A stretch of DNA of 64,000 nucleotides from the human T2T-CHM13v2.0 reference genome, Homo sapiens. Where the stretch lies: NCBI RefSeq assembly GCF_009914755.1, contig NC_060934.1; one strand, 5' to 3'. A model generated the notes under the pieces. It ran no database searches. It had not been told where the DNA came from and worked only from the letters and a program-made list of their open reading frames with translations. This document shows positions 25,442 to 37,879 of the stretch, in pieces (the stretch's first letter is position 1; each line of letters opens with the position of its first letter). A program made the translations under genes and the position numbers.

Positions 25442-25872
25442 TTTTTTTTTCTTTCTTCCCCAGCTTTATTTGAGGTGGAATTGGCAAATAAAAACTGTGT
25501 ATATTCAAGACACACAACATGATGATTTGATATACATATACATTGTGAAATGATTGGAGATTCTGCCATTTGCGACAACACAGATGAACCTGGAGGACAT
25601 TATACCAAGTAAAACAAGCCAGACACTGAAAGACTGTATTATCTCACTTATATGTGTAATCTAAAAGAGTCAAACTCCCAGAAGCAGGGAATAGAAATGT
25701 GGTCACCAGGGACTGGGAGGTGGGGGAAATGGGCAACTGTTGGTCAAAGGATACAAACTTTCAGTTATAAGATGAGTAAGTTCTGAGGATCTAATATACA
25801 GCATGGTGACCATAGTTATAACACTGTATTGTACACTTGAGATTTGCTAAGAGAGTAGATCTTAAGTGTCTC
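25442..25872 (-). mobile_element. Short L1 (L1MA9-like) insertion with 5' inversion
   Basis: 25442-25555 is the extreme L1 3' end on - (poly-T, cagctttatttgagg...cattgtgaaatgatt). 25556-25872 is the upstream L1 segment on + (ctgccatttgcgacaac...gctaagagagtagatcttaagtg). Confidence 0.85.
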
Positions 25873-26339
25873 CCCCTCCTTCTCTTTAATCTGTCACTTC
25901 CTTTCTTTCTTTTTCTCCATCTCCTTTTTTCTTCTTTCTCTTTTCAACAAAGAGGGAGAAAACCAAGGCTTCCTCCTCCATCATTGCCCTATGATTTTTT
26001 TGCTCTTCACTAAGTGAGATGCATATACCTTACTCTTGATCCTAGGAGGAACTTTTTGTTTTCCTAAGTCATAGGCGACTTTCTCTTTCTCCCTCTTTCT
26101 CTCCCCATCCCCATAGGAATGTGTGTGTCTGGGTGTCTCTGTCTTTCTCCCTCTCTCTCTCTCTTTACACACACACAGGCACACACACACTATCTTGAAG
26201 GTACAGGATACACCTTTTGTGTTCCATTTATTGTAAAATATTGCACACATCTGTAATTATATTACTCTTAAAATAAAGCCTTCATCTACTCTTAACATCT
26301 TTTGATGTCCCTTCCCTGCTGACTCTATTTTTTCTTGTT

Positions 26340-27420
26340 CCCACTTTACGTTAATGTGAAGAGACAGTTGAGTAAATGCACAATGAACTTCAAAACCTAG
26401 TAATTGTTTTTCAGAAAGAATGAAACTTGCGAATTAGATATGGATTGTAAAAGAACACCAGGGCTGATTAGTGTTTGTGAGGGGCGCCTGCCGGACGGCT
26501 CTGACACCTGCCTGCCAGCACTCTCCAGAAATGCCACCATTGATGCCTCTGTTCTGCCCATCACAGGACGGGGGGAGAAGTGCTGGGTGGGAGTTAAAAG
26601 GCTCCGCAGTGAACCACCTTGTCAGACTCACCAATTCATGGGACGCCTGACATGAAAGGCAGCGAGAAACAAAGATGAGTTGCAGCCACTTTACAAGCAA
26701 ACTCTAGTTATCTGTAAAAATAAAATAAAATAATAAGGTTTTTCAAAAACAGAGAATGAATGAGCATTGAAGGTGTTCACCATGTTTTTTTTTTTTAAGG
26801 TTGTGGAGATAATGAGTTTTTTGAGACTTGGGGGAGGAAAAGAATTCACAAGCCAAGTTTCAAGCTGCTGAAAAATTGCTTTTAGGAAAGAAAAAAACCC
26901 TTTTCCATGCTAACCATCTGCTTGCATCTTGTTTACTGCCCAGAGTGCCAGTTTGTGCTTATTAATCATGCTTACACAAGTATCTTAATTACTCCCTATG
27001 TAGCTGCTCTGTCTTGAACTCAGAAGTTGACCTTTCTCTTTTTATTCCTTTAAATCATTAATCATACACAATCAACGCCAGCGGGACAGAGCCACAGAGA
27101 AGGCTACCCAGATTCTCACACCTCACGCCAGTCCCAGGCAGACAGGGAATGCCAGAGTGACTGCTTTGCCAGCAGCCAGGCGGACCTTAATTAATGACTC
27201 TGCTGTGTTGAGGCACACGGGCTGGGGGAGGCCCTTCCTGCCACCGCCCCTCCGTGCTTCCTCCAGTTGCTGCCTGGTTTGAGGAATGACTGCTTTACTC
27301 TGCTGAAACCCAGAAAGGCCTCTGCTAGGGTTTTACAGACCTGCACGCCTCGACTCTCGAAGGATCCCAACAGAGGCTGAGGGAACTTCTCAGAGAAGAT
27401 ACTATTTCTTGCCGTGAGTG
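26340..27420. promoter_or_regulatory. Candidate conserved enhancer or alternative promoter block
   Basis: Repeat-free and CpG-retaining; ATTAATCA 26961 and 27057, TTAATTAA 27187, GC box CCGCCC 27244; followed by a donor-like CC|GTGAGT at 27413/27414. Confidence 0.5.
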
Positions 27421-27436
27421 GGAGTTTGTACCAGAC

Positions 27437-27603
27437 CAGTTCTTCTCACGATTTGCCATGCACGTTTATCTGGTGGGGATCCTGCTAAAATGTAGATTTC
27501 TGATTCAGGAGGTCTGGCTGGGACTTGAGAATCTACATCTCTAAAAAGCTACCAAGCAATGCCAATGCTGCTGGTCCAGGGACCGTACTTTGAGTAGCAA
27601 GGA
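27437..27603. mobile_element. MER5 (MER5B-like) hAT-Charlie non-autonomous DNA transposon
   Basis: tttctgattcaggaggtctgg...aatgctgctggtccagggaccgtactttgagtagcaagg. Confidence 0.8.
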
Positions 27604-29454
27604 GCTAGTTGGTTGATGAGAACCAAGGTCCTCCCTCCAAGCCTGGAGATGTGATAAGAGAGTGTCACCTCTATGAATGTGAGATATATATATTTTTTTC
27701 TTTGGCTAGATGAGCAATATTTTGGTAATTTGGAAGGTAATTTTCAGGCAGGTGATATATACACATGAACAAGTGTGGCACCCTTATCCAGGCAAAAGAA
27801 ACACACATGATGTACAGATTGGCCTTTCCTATGGAGGGAAGAGTGAAATTGAGACTTTAAAGACCCCTTTCATTGAACTTTGTAAAAAGTTGCTTAAAAC
27901 AGCTGAAAAAATTCTACTCCAAAAAAATGGAGTGCTCAAAACTAAAATAATAATAATGATAATAATAAAATGGATTGAGGCTTGGGTTTCATAAGGCTGT
28001 TTCTCAGTTCCAGTATACCAGACAAATTACAGCCTGTGAAAGTAATTTTGTTTCCCCCTACCCTGTACTTTCAGCCTCCTAAGTAGGATAGGAAACCTGG
28101 AGATAAGAAACAGAAGGAAAAATGTAAACTGAGGACCTTTTCTTTTGGCCAAATTGAATGTTCTACTTTTAAAGGGGAGGAATTTAGCTGCTTTTTTTTT
28201 TTCTGCCAAAATTGCTTGAGTTTTCCATTCATTGTCATTCATTTTACATTTCAAAGTGCAAACTGCAAAGTGTAAAGTTGTATGGTGGTAATACACACAG
28301 TAGAATTTTGGTTGACACTTCCAGCTCTGATGAAGTAGAGATGAAATAAATCTGAAACACATCTAAATAGGCTTGGGGTTTGCATTCTATCCCATCTAAG
28401 GGAAGCTGAGTAGATCATAGACGGATGCTACTACAGGTTTCGTTATTGGTAATCCTTCGGAAAGCGACACGGAAACACATTAGAACTAACCTCCACTGCC
28501 TTCCATTTCATCTAAACAGTGGGGTGAGGGTCTGGGTGGGAAGGAATTTTATTGAAAACAAAGTCTGAAGTAAAAGCAACAAATCTTTACTAGTGAAAAG
28601 TCACCTAATTAATTTAGATAAAAACTTTATCATCCCACATGCAAAAAGAATATGTGGTTTTCCGGCTTTGTTATTTACATTAAAAATTACTTGTTCATGA
28701 AGTTAAAAAAGCGCAATTACCCTGAATGAGGTGAATTAAGAAAATATTTCATCAGTGTAGCTTGTCTTTTCAACTGGCTGCCTTTTTGGAGTCTCTTGTT
28801 GATTTATGAAGTGAAAATTCTGTCTTGTCTTTGGTGAGGACGTTCTGTAGCCTTCCTACATAGTTTTGGTATTTGGGTATGCACATGTTTTTGGCAGCCT
28901 GGAGAATATCCTGGCTGCAGTGACAGAAAGACATAACTCACTTTTCGTTTGGTAAAGGAGTAATTAATTTGAACTTCTGGACATGAAGCATTTGAGAGCT
29001 GGAACTGGGTGCCTTGCGTAACCATGGTCTGCTGTTAAACTCTTTATAGAAGACTCTTCTTGTTCTTGGAACTTTGTCTGGACTTCAGAGCAGGCTGATT
29101 TAAGTGTTGAGAGCCTGGTCTGGCAAGAGTTGTGTTTATGCTTTTCTCTCTGAAGGCCATGGATCTGACCCCTCCAAGGAAGCCAAGCTATTTTTAGGGA
29201 AAGTCTAGAGTAGAGTGGCATTTTCTGGGAGAATCTGTGGCATTTTTTGTAGAGGACTCTTAGGGCAGGGATTGGGATGGGGCTGAAGACCCCTATGTCT
29301 GCCAGCAGCTTCTCCTCCTCCCCGCCCTTAATGGGCCAAGGCTGTACTTCTGTTAGTGGATTCCATATTTGCTATGGTGGAAGACTGGCCTGTGAGACTT
29401 TCCTATAGGAAGTATATGGAAGTCCTCTGTCTAGCAAAGGATTCTCTGATTACC

Positions 29455-29552
29455 AATGTCTAATTTAACCAGTCTGAGGTGGGAGCCTGGGAAATCTGTA
29501 GTTTCTAAAGCTTCCCAAGTCATTCTAATGTTCATCCAGGGTTGAGAACCCC
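29455..29552. mobile_element. MER5A-type fragment
   Basis: gtctgaggtgggagcctgggaaatctgtagtttctaaagcttcccaagtcattctaatgttcatccagggttgagaacc. Confidence 0.75.
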
Positions 29553-30434
29553 AATATAAGGCCTCGAGTGTGTTCTTATCTTGGTCCATTTCATTCTCCA
29601 GCTTCTGCAGATCTCCAGAACTCTCTCAGTTCAGACTGTTATGTTGAAGCCCTGGAGATAAAGGGATGACCTGAGCAGGGTGTCTGCCTTTCAGATACCC
29701 ACAGTCTACAGAGAAGGGTTATCTGTAGCACCAGCTCACCCTCTCTGGTTCTGACTTGGCCTTCATTGTCCAGTCTTTGGGCTTTTTGTCCTGGTTCTTT
29801 TCTGTTACTTGGTCTGCCATCTAGCACTTGCCTGAGCTTCCTAATGTGTGTATTCCCTATGTAGATCTAACTCTGGGCTTAGTTTAGACCCCTATTCCCA
29901 ACAGCATGGTGTTATAGGAATCCTAAAATGGATGGGTTCCATGGTGAGGACTGCTGGGGAGCCCCACGTCAAACAAAATTCAACACTTGTCTTGACTATA
30001 GGGCTCCTTAGAATATACTCAGGGGCCCATGTGTGTCTTTAAGAGGAGAGTAGGGTATACAGTCTTTCCTATCTGTCTCTTCTCAGGAACTCTATCAGGG
30101 ACCCTCCTGTGGATATCGAATAGTCCGTAAAGTTTACTTTGGCCAGTACTGTTCTAACCTCTGGGAATTGGTCCAGCCTCCACTCTAGAAAATGTAGCTG
30201 TTTTTATCCTTGGTCTAGATCGCTGACTCATGTGTTCTGTCTCTGGGCTGACTGGCTCCTCTTTCTCAACCAGTCCTGCCTGTCTCTCCCTGGAATCCAA
30301 AACTGTGTGCCACTTACCTTTCATACAATGACAAACCCAAGTGACAGAAATCTCTCCATTTCCTTCCTTGCAGAGTCAGGCAGTGGCATCATTTATCTAT
30401 TCACAATCCCTGTATTAGGTAGTAGAGAGGAAAT

Positions 30435-30850
30435 GAATTCAGTTCTGCAAGAATTTATATTGACTACCAACTGTATGCCAGGCAATGGGCTTGGTGCCAG
30501 GGATACAAAGTTGGGTGATAGTCTGACTTTGCCTGGATTAACTCATGTTCTAAAAGAGCACACAGTGATCCTGAGCCCATATTATACTGTGTTCTATGAT
30601 GGAGGAAGAGGAGTCAGGAGGGAAGGGGTTTAGGAGTCTCTAGGAGCTCCTGCTAAGGGCACTAACCCAGCTGGAGGGCATCAGGGAAGTCTACATGAAA
30701 AGGTGATTCCTAAGCTGGAGTTTGGAGGAAGAGTTGGAAAAGATGGGAGAAGGAAGTTTGTTCAGGGTGAAGGAATACAATGATTAAAGGCAAAAATGCC
30801 TGAAACACTGTGGCAGGATGAAAAAGATTGAAGGCATGGTATCTGATTGT
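30435..30850 (-). mobile_element. L2 LINE 3' remnant
   Basis: atttatattgactaccaactgtatgccaggcaatgggcttggtgccagggatacaaag...catcagggaagtctacatgaaaaggtgattcctaagctg. Confidence 0.75.
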
Positions 30851-31034
30851 GAAGAAACAGGATGTACACATTGAAATCTACCTGAATATCTGGAAAAAGT
30901 AATTCAACCATAAATGCTTAGAGTGTCCACTGCATATAGAATTTTTGAGGAGAGATGTGATAAAGGAACCACTAGAAGAGAAAGTAAGGAAATGGAGAAG
31001 CCAGACAGACCCAGCACCTGTTGGGGATTTAGAT

Positions 31035-31145
31035 ACTATTTTCAATCTCCAGATGTGGAAATTGAGACTCAGAAGAGGTTCAGTGACTTTCCCTGGCCCA
31101 TCCAACTACTACTTACTGGAGCTGGGATTTGAACTTTGGTCTGGA
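31035..31145 (-). mobile_element. MIR SINE
   Basis: cagatgtggaaattgagactcagaagaggttcagtgacttt...gagctgggatttgaact. Confidence 0.8.
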
Positions 31146-31324
31146 TTTATTAAAGAAGCCTCCATAGAAGAAATAATTTTTGCACTGGAGTTTGACAGAG
31201 GGGAGGAGCCTGCAGATTTTTATCTGGCACCTGATGAAATAGTTTCTTCACATGCCACATCATCGTCCCTTAGCTTTCTGTTGTCAGCGGTAGAATTCTG
31301 GCCTTTTAGAATTTGAAGTGACTT

Positions 31325-31430
31325 TTCAGATCTCTTTACAGATGAGGAAACTGAAGCCTAGAGCAGACAGGCGATTTCCCCCACTGAGTAACTTGACAGG
31401 TGGGGCTGAAGCCTGGTGGGCTGATACAAC
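31325..31430 (-). mobile_element. MIR SINE fragment
   Basis: tttacagatgaggaaactgaagcctagag core. Confidence 0.75.
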
Positions 31431-31572
31431 ACACCTTTATTCTTTTTACTCTGACATGACATTATATTGGTGGGAGATAATGTCCTCATTCATTATTGTT
31501 TGCCTCCAAATATCAATTGATTTTTAAATATTAGAACCATTGTAAGATATGGTGGTTAAAATGATAAGAACA

Positions 31573-31613
31573 TGTGCACATGTACCCTAGAACTTAAAGT
31601 ATAATAAAAAAAA
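31573..31613 (+). mobile_element. Extremely 5'-truncated primate L1PA tail
   Basis: tgtgcacatgtaccctagaacttaaagtataataaaaaaaa is the terminal ~40 nt of L1PA. Confidence 0.9.
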
Positions 31614-32250
31614 TGCTTTCAGCATCTTCATGAGAAATTGACCAAAATCCCAAAGTTCTGAAAACAAAACTTTAAAATGAATTTTCTCTATATTAGTTTA
31701 GAACAAAGTCTGACCTGAAGTGATGTGAAATTATAATCTTCATTCATCCCACTTAGTAATGTCAGGAAAAATTGTGAAAGAATTTGAAATTGGTGGAAAA
31801 GATTCCTGGATGTCTTGTCTAGTGCATCCTTCTAGCTTATCTATGCCTTACATTGTCTTTGAGTTATTTTACAAGTCTGTAAGTTGTAGGAAACTGATAA
31901 TAATGCAAAAAAATTTTTGCCTCTAGAAATGCAAATGAATTGTGTGCCCTGTATTATGCAATTGTTTCTTGTCCTGTGGATACCAGCTTTATATCCATTT
32001 GTAAATTCACTTCAGTATTCCAGATGGCCTGTATATGTGTGTTACTTTGAATTCTTCTTTGAACTGATACAATGTCTTACTCTCTCATTAATTAAAAGAT
32101 TCAGTAAAATCTTTTCATGTATTCATTTTACATTTATGTAAGAATTATGATTTTACCTGATTTAAAAAAATTTGACCCTTTAACAGCATGAAAATTCTTA
32201 TCTTTCACTCTAGAAATATGAATACCTGCTAGGGATGTTAGCTCATATAC

Positions 32251-32710
32251 TGTATAGTTATACAGTATATAAACTATATTACCTTTCTAAGATCTGAAAA
32301 AATATCTGAATTGCAGTATGTTTATATGACCACAGGAATTCAGACAAGAAATTATGTGCTTGTGATACATTACTCCTTGTACTATTGTTTTCTTAGTGTC
32401 AAGTCACTAACTGTGAACTAAATAGTTTGAAAAAAACAAAAGCTAATTCAAATGAAATTATATTTTAATTTTGAATTTTGTATATAGTTATACAGTATAT
32501 AAACTATATTACCTTTCTAAGATCTGAAAAAATATCTGAATTGCAGTATGTTTATATGACCACAGGATTTCAGACAAGAAATTATGCGCTTGTGATACAT
32601 TACTCCTTGTACTATTGCTTTCTTAGTGTCAAGTCACTAACTATGAACTAAATAGTTTGAAAAAAACAAAAGCTAATTCAAATGAAATTATATTTTAATT
32701 TTGAATTTTG
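32251..32710 (+). repeat. Head-to-tail tandem duplication, 2 x 230 bp
   Basis: 32251-32480 versus 32481-32710: 5 substitutions (32252, 32338, 32357, 32388, 32413), no indels, about 98% identity. Confidence 0.98.
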
Positions 32711-33372
32711 GGGGCAAGAGAGAATTTATAAGTATAAGGACCATTTAATAAGAGTTCATTGTTTAGGTAGATGGTTGGTTTTTTTTTGAGATTAATTAGT
32801 CCAACATGCTGACCATCATATTAAGAATAAGACAAGTACCAAAACAGGCACCAGTACTGCATAGTAGTGATAAGGTGCTTTTTTAGCCAGATGGGTCCAG
32901 TACTACTTAATTATTTTTAAAATTCATAATTAGGACCTAAGCTTAAAATTATAAAATTCACCTATCTGCAGGTTCCCATGGACCCAGGTTTGAGAAATAA
33001 ATAATGGTGTAATCAATCAGTTATACAAGTTAACTGCAGTTACCTGGCTCTTTTCCTGAAAGGCAGCTAGGATGAAAAGGAAGAGGGTGGCGTGTATGGG
33101 TGTGGATATTTGTAATGCTTTATTTTCCAAGAGTCATAGAATCTAAAGGTGAATGTTTTCTTTTTGAAACTGTGTGCTATAATATTGAAATACAACTTTC
33201 ATTAGAAATAAACATATTGGAATAATGAAATATATATTATTTCTCTACTTTCTTCACTCCTATATTTGGCGGTATTTGTCCTTTTCTAATGATTTTATAA
33301 CCCCCCCCCCAAGTAAGAATAAAATTTTATGAACATAGGTTAAAATGGATTCTTTTACTGGGTGGGACTTAG

Positions 33373-33679
33373 TTTAAATTAAATTAAATTAAATTAATTT
33401 TTGGGACAGGCCTCACTTTGTTACCTAGGCTGGAGTGCAGTGGCACGATCATGACTCACTGCAGTCTTAACCTCCCCAGTGATTCTCCTGCCTCAGCATC
33501 CTGAGTAGCTGGGACTATAGGCCTGTGCCACAACACTGATACATTTTTAAAAATTATTTTTAGAGACAGGGTTTTGCTATGTTGCCCAGGTTGGTCTCAA
33601 ACTCCTGGCCTCAAAAGAATCCTCCTACCTTGGCCTCCCAAAGTGCTGGGATTACAGGCATCAGCCACTGCACCCAGGC
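33373..33679 (-). mobile_element. AluJ with (TTAAA)n-modified tail
   Basis: ggctggagtgcagtggcacgatcatgactcactgcag...ctcccaaagtgctgggattacaggc. Confidence 0.95.
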
Positions 33680-34109
33680 TAGTTTTAAGTTGAAGGTCTA
33701 CTGTTGCCAGGCTTTGTCACTGTTGGGTAGGATGTTCACTTCTTCTACTTTGGGCTTTGGGCCCTGTTCCTCTATTTCTAGAATCAGCTGGATGGAACCA
33801 TAAATACAGTGGATCTTATGGATCATAGAAAGCTAGAAGGAACCATAAATATGATCTGGTCTGAACTCCTTATTTTAATTACAGATGAAAAAAACGTATT
33901 AATTAGCATGTCTTTCTGTTCATTCTTTAAAGCAGAGTTTTTCTGGACTTCTGCCGTTAATGCTAGCCTGGATTAGAAGCTTTTGAATCAACAATTTGGA
34001 AGAAAGTCCATCCTCAGTCCTTAAAAATTACACTACTATCAACAGCAACCACTCACACTAACACCTATTTCTTCCATTCCTTTGGTTAATTCCAAAATCA
34101 AAATCCGAT

Positions 34110-34210
34110 ACACAAAATTTCTGGGGCCTCTTCCATGGCCCTATAAGCAAGTGGTGCAAAGAGGGCCCTGAAGCCAAGGTTTCAATAGCTTCTTAGCAAA
34201 TCTACTTCTG
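34110..34210. mobile_element. MER53-like hAT DNA transposon fragment
   Basis: gggccctgaagccaaggtttcaatagcttcttagcaaatctacttctg resembles the MER53 terminus; family assignment is from memory. Confidence 0.5.
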
Positions 34211-34599
34211 CCAATAATCCTTGTGACCTGTACCATACCTGCCTGGATCTCTTGCCCTCCCATCGCTTTGCATCAGGAGTTTGGTGTTCTGTTGACCACG
34301 TAAGGCTCTTTTCTTCTCAGACTGGAGGCTTACTGTGGGCTGCATCTGTGGCTTAAGGTTTTTGTGATTCCCATAGTACACATTTCCTCTGTGGCCCATT
34401 GGAAGTGGCTACCTGGGATGCTGTGTTGAGGATGCTCAGGCCTGCCTCCATGAAGGTGTATCTTAATTGATGCTCAAGGCCTGCCATGAGAACAGATGTG
34501 GGAAGTATGGACAAGTGCCCATGTCTGCCATTTTGCACCAGCTGTCAGGAAACATTTGTTGGTTGGGTCGGTGATTTATACAACCACTCTCGGTTTTGT

Positions 34600-34738
34600 C
34601 TCCAAGTGTAATGCCATGAAGACAAGGCTTTTTTGTCGGCTTTGTTTTCTCCTTTCATGGATATATCACAAGCCCCCAGAGCACTGTCTCACATAGAGTT
34701 GGGGCTTAATAAGAAAAATTTTTTTGAATGAATTAATT
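34600..34738 (+). mobile_element. L2 3' end
   Basis: gtgtaatgccatgaagacaagg...ccagagcactgtctcacatag...ttgaatgaattaat. Confidence 0.7.
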
Positions 34739-37524
34739 CTGAAGGGAGTAGGAACTTTAGTGCTAAACTTCACTTAAATTTAAATATGACTTTTAACTAG
34801 AAATCTAGCAACACACAGTTAATAAAACAGGTTACCTCAACTTTCTTAGAGCGTTCTTGTGTTAAGTTTGTGATGCTGAGGAATGTGGGGACTCCAGAGA
34901 ATAAATTAATTGGAAATTGCTGCTTTGCTAATTTCTTCAGCAAATATGCCTAATGTATCTACTGTGTGCTGGACACTGCTCCCTGCCCTCATGAGGTTAG
35001 AGTCTGGTAGATTCCTTCTTTTCTATCATATAGTGGGGACTAAGCTGTGGCTCAAGTTTGTAAATGTCTCTCAAGGCAAATGAGCACTTAAGCAATGTCT
35101 TGACTCTGAAGGGCTTTCATTTTGGTTTAAGATGCTGATACATGGCAAGTTGTCAGCTACCAGCATTTTCCTCTCTACCATATTTAGCCCCTTATGTTGT
35201 ATTTGGGATCCCCACAAAGTCCCACAAAGGTATCTTCTGTTTTCCATCTATGAATTGGTGTCACCCTCGTTCCTGAGGGTATGAGTTTGCTTTAACTGTG
35301 GCACACTATTGGCATCAGGGTCTGTGCTTGGGCATGATAAGGGACAGAGCAGTATTTTCTCAAAGGATAGACCATTTTTTCCCTATGAGGTTCTCTGGGG
35401 GAAGTGGGTAAAGGAATGGGATTGTGAGAGTCCCCTTGATGAAGCCTGTTTTAATCCTTTAACCTGAGCCTGTTGTAGGCTGAGGTTCTAGAAAGGCTGA
35501 AAAAACCATACATGGCCTCCCCAGGTCTGCATTTAGACACCAAGGGTTGCATTTCTAAGTCACATACTGCTATGCCTGTTATGTAAAGCCAAATTATTTT
35601 GTGAATTATCACAAACATTGATCTGCCCTTGACAGTACTTTAGACTTTTACAGTAAATTTGCAGCTGATAATGTTAGCAGACTGTCAATTTTTGTCACTT
35701 GTAAGCTTCCCTCAGTCAACTGCAGTTTGAAGGAAGTCCAGTGTAACAAAAGCATTGCTATCTCTTAAACTTGGCTTTAACCTTCAAAGACTAATAATTT
35801 ATTATTTGGTGTTACGCCTCAGTACTTTTTGGTGACACTATATCATTTTTAATGTTGGTAACTTGATTTTTGTAATATAAAGACATATAAATAGGAGAAA
35901 AAGAAAATGATAGCTAAGTACTTTTATGGTTAGCAATCCAAAGACTGTTCTTGATGCAATCCATTCAACATTTATCTGCATAAATTATGGTAGTTAAAGA
36001 AAAGGAGCAGATGAGAAGTACACTTAAGGCCCTTTTTTATAGCAACATAAAATAGAGCCAAAATTACATTCATTATTTTTAAAAATATAGCAACTCTTTA
36101 TTATAGTTTCCATTCATTGAAAGCAAATGTCTTGTTAGCTAATGAAACATTGTTTGATGTTAAATAGAGTTGGTGTGATAGAAGAAGACATTTGCGTCTT
36201 TATAAAGCCTTGTCAGTAATGTTCCTACTTTGTCACTGGCTACTTGTTCTCAGAATATTAACAGTGTAAGTGACCTTTGGGAAGGAAAACGAAATCTCCT
36301 TCATTAGCAAAAATGAATAACTTGCAATGTATGTTTACTTTGTAAGCTCTAAAGTGACTTTGAAATGTGCGAGATCTCTTTTTGTAGAAGTCAGAGGATG
36401 CAGAACGGCACAAAGGGAAGAAAGCTTTAAGATCTTCTGCCACCACCCTCCCTCTAACCAGAGCATTTTTTTTAAATACTCTAAAAGTAAATAGAAAAAC
36501 ATGGCTAGCTTTTTCTTTTTCATTTTCTGCATAAACTTCCTTTCTAGGTTCTGCAGAGAAATTGTGAGGCATGAAGAAAAGTGAAGCAGGCTCGCTAGAT
36601 GAGAATGCATGTAGATGGTGAGGAGCTGGCTTTTCCCAGTCCTCCTTCCCATCCTGGCTCCAAGGAGGCCTCTGGGAGGGAGGAAAGGCATTTCTTCCTT
36701 TAGGTGCTGATGTCTCCAGCTTGGTGTGCGTTGACCATTAGGTTCTTTCTCTCTCCTTCCCGTTTGTCTTAGCCTGGGCTTGTATTGTTTATGAAAAGTT
36801 TTAATTCAGGTTAAGCAAGAGAGGAGAGGGAGCAGACAGGAATGGGTAAAGGGGCATCTCCTAGGTCCTGAGGTGGGAGGTGTGGCTGGGCCTTCTGAGG
36901 GGTGGAGTGCCCGCTCCCTTACCTCAGGGGACTCTGCGGACTCATGCCTCTGCTTCTTTTGCTCCTCTGCCAGTCCCTTGCTTCCCTTCTGACCAGCAAG
37001 TTCCCAGTCTGCACGATCTCTCTTCTTCCCTAGAGACTACCTGGAGCTAGAATTTGATTCAAAATACCGAGGGGAGCAAATCTCTGTGGTCCCTCTTGGG
37101 AAAGTTGTCTGCCCCTGGTCCTCTCATTGTGGCCATGATTGTGCCTGGGGGTGATGAGGTTTTATAGAGTTTCTAGATCAGAGGATGCTGGGAATGCATT
37201 CTCAAATAAAGCAGTGAGAAATAAATTGCCTTTCAGCATTTCAAGAGTTTTAAGTCTAAATTTATTATGGGAATCTTTGAATGTGCAATATTGAGAAAAT
37301 TGTACAAAACAAGCCCATGTGCCCATCACCTAGCTTCACTACTAGGGATATTTTGGCCCTTAGTTTTCAGGACTGTACTGCTGCCTGGTATAAGGATAGG
37401 GTTTGAGTATTCCAAGACTCTTGGTCATAACCCCAGATATCTCCAGGGATTCCTGTCACAGCTCCTCTTACCAAGATTTCTTTGACACCGTAGATCTCCT
37501 TGAGCTTTTCTTTAAGAAACACAC

Positions 37525-37879
37525 CTATGCAGCCATAAAAAAGAATCAGTCCATGTCCTTTGCAGGGACATGGGTGAAGCTGGAAACCATCATTCTCAGC
37601 AAACTAACACAGGAACAGAAAACCAAACACCACATGTTCTCACTCATAAGTGGGAGTTGCACAATGAGAACATATGGGCACAGGGAGGGCAACATCACAC
37701 ACCAGGGCCTGTCGTGGGGTGGGGGAGCTCAGGGAGGGATAGCATTAACAGAAATACCTAATGTAGATGATGGGTTGATAGGTGCAGCAAACCACCATGG
37801 CACGTGTATACCTATGTAACAAACCTGCACGTTCTGCATATGTATCCCAGAACTTAAAGTATAATAATAATTAAAAAAA
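37525..37879 (+). mobile_element. 5'-truncated L1PA (L1PA7-like): ORF2 C-terminus, 3' UTR and tail
   Basis: Translates to YAAIKKN..MSFAGTWVKLETIILSKLTQEQKTKHHMFSLISGS; ends tgtatcccagaacttaaagtataataat. Confidence 0.96.

Noticed and set aside
30139-30633. 164-aa ORF
   Set aside because: Non-ATG start, runs into an antisense L2 remnant, no recognisable homology.
33794-33851. 13-bp direct repeat ggaaccataaata at 45-bp spacing
   Set aside because: The second copy is part of a MIR3-like remnant; no insertion hallmarks between the copies.
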